Shown here piece after piece: positions 63,909 through 64,000 of a stretch of DNA of 64,000 nt (the stretch's first letter is position 1; each line of letters begins with the position of its first letter). Under the pieces are notes generated by a model that was not told the origin of the DNA, did not search any database, and was given only the letters and a program-made list of their open reading frames with translations. A program made the translations under genes and the position numbers. The stretch is from Phoronis australis (lineage: Eukaryota; Animalia; Phoronida): the NCBI GenBank assembly GCA_002633005.1, contig NMRA01000361.1, positions 186,001-250,000 on the forward strand. The letters are read 5' to 3'.

Positions 63909-64000
63909 TTCACAAATGATGCATACTTGCCAACTTTTAGAAATGGGGAAAACTGATTAAGTAAGGAACTATGCCCAATGAATGTCAGCCACAATACAGC

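Overview
AT-rich, intron-rich animal genomic DNA, probably a non-vertebrate bilaterian, from a draft assembly with N gaps and a likely uncollapsed haplotype. I reconstructed six multi-exon genes by hand from GT-AG junctions and reading phase. They alternate strands as three head-to-head pairs: RAD51D(-)/SPECC1L-like cytospin(+), ZSWIM7-SWS1(-)/UPB1(+) and GUCD1(-)/SNRPD3(+). This order joins two vertebrate paralogous blocks as I recall them: SPECC1L-ADORA2A-UPB1-GUCD1-SNRPD3 and SPECC1-ADORA2B-ZSWIM7. It lacks the ADORA2 gene and places two interacting recombination mediators, RAD51D and SWS1, about 23 kb apart. Notable non-coding structure includes a perfect 143-bp inverted repeat bracketing UPB1 exon 5, three tandem duplications anchored on 5' splice sites, and a triple AGGTCA DR2 array upstream of UPB1. 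A candidate prepropeptide ORF lies in the cytospin 5' intron, and there are several MITE-like repeats. I saw no prokaryotic systems, CRISPR arrays, rRNA or intact tRNA genes.
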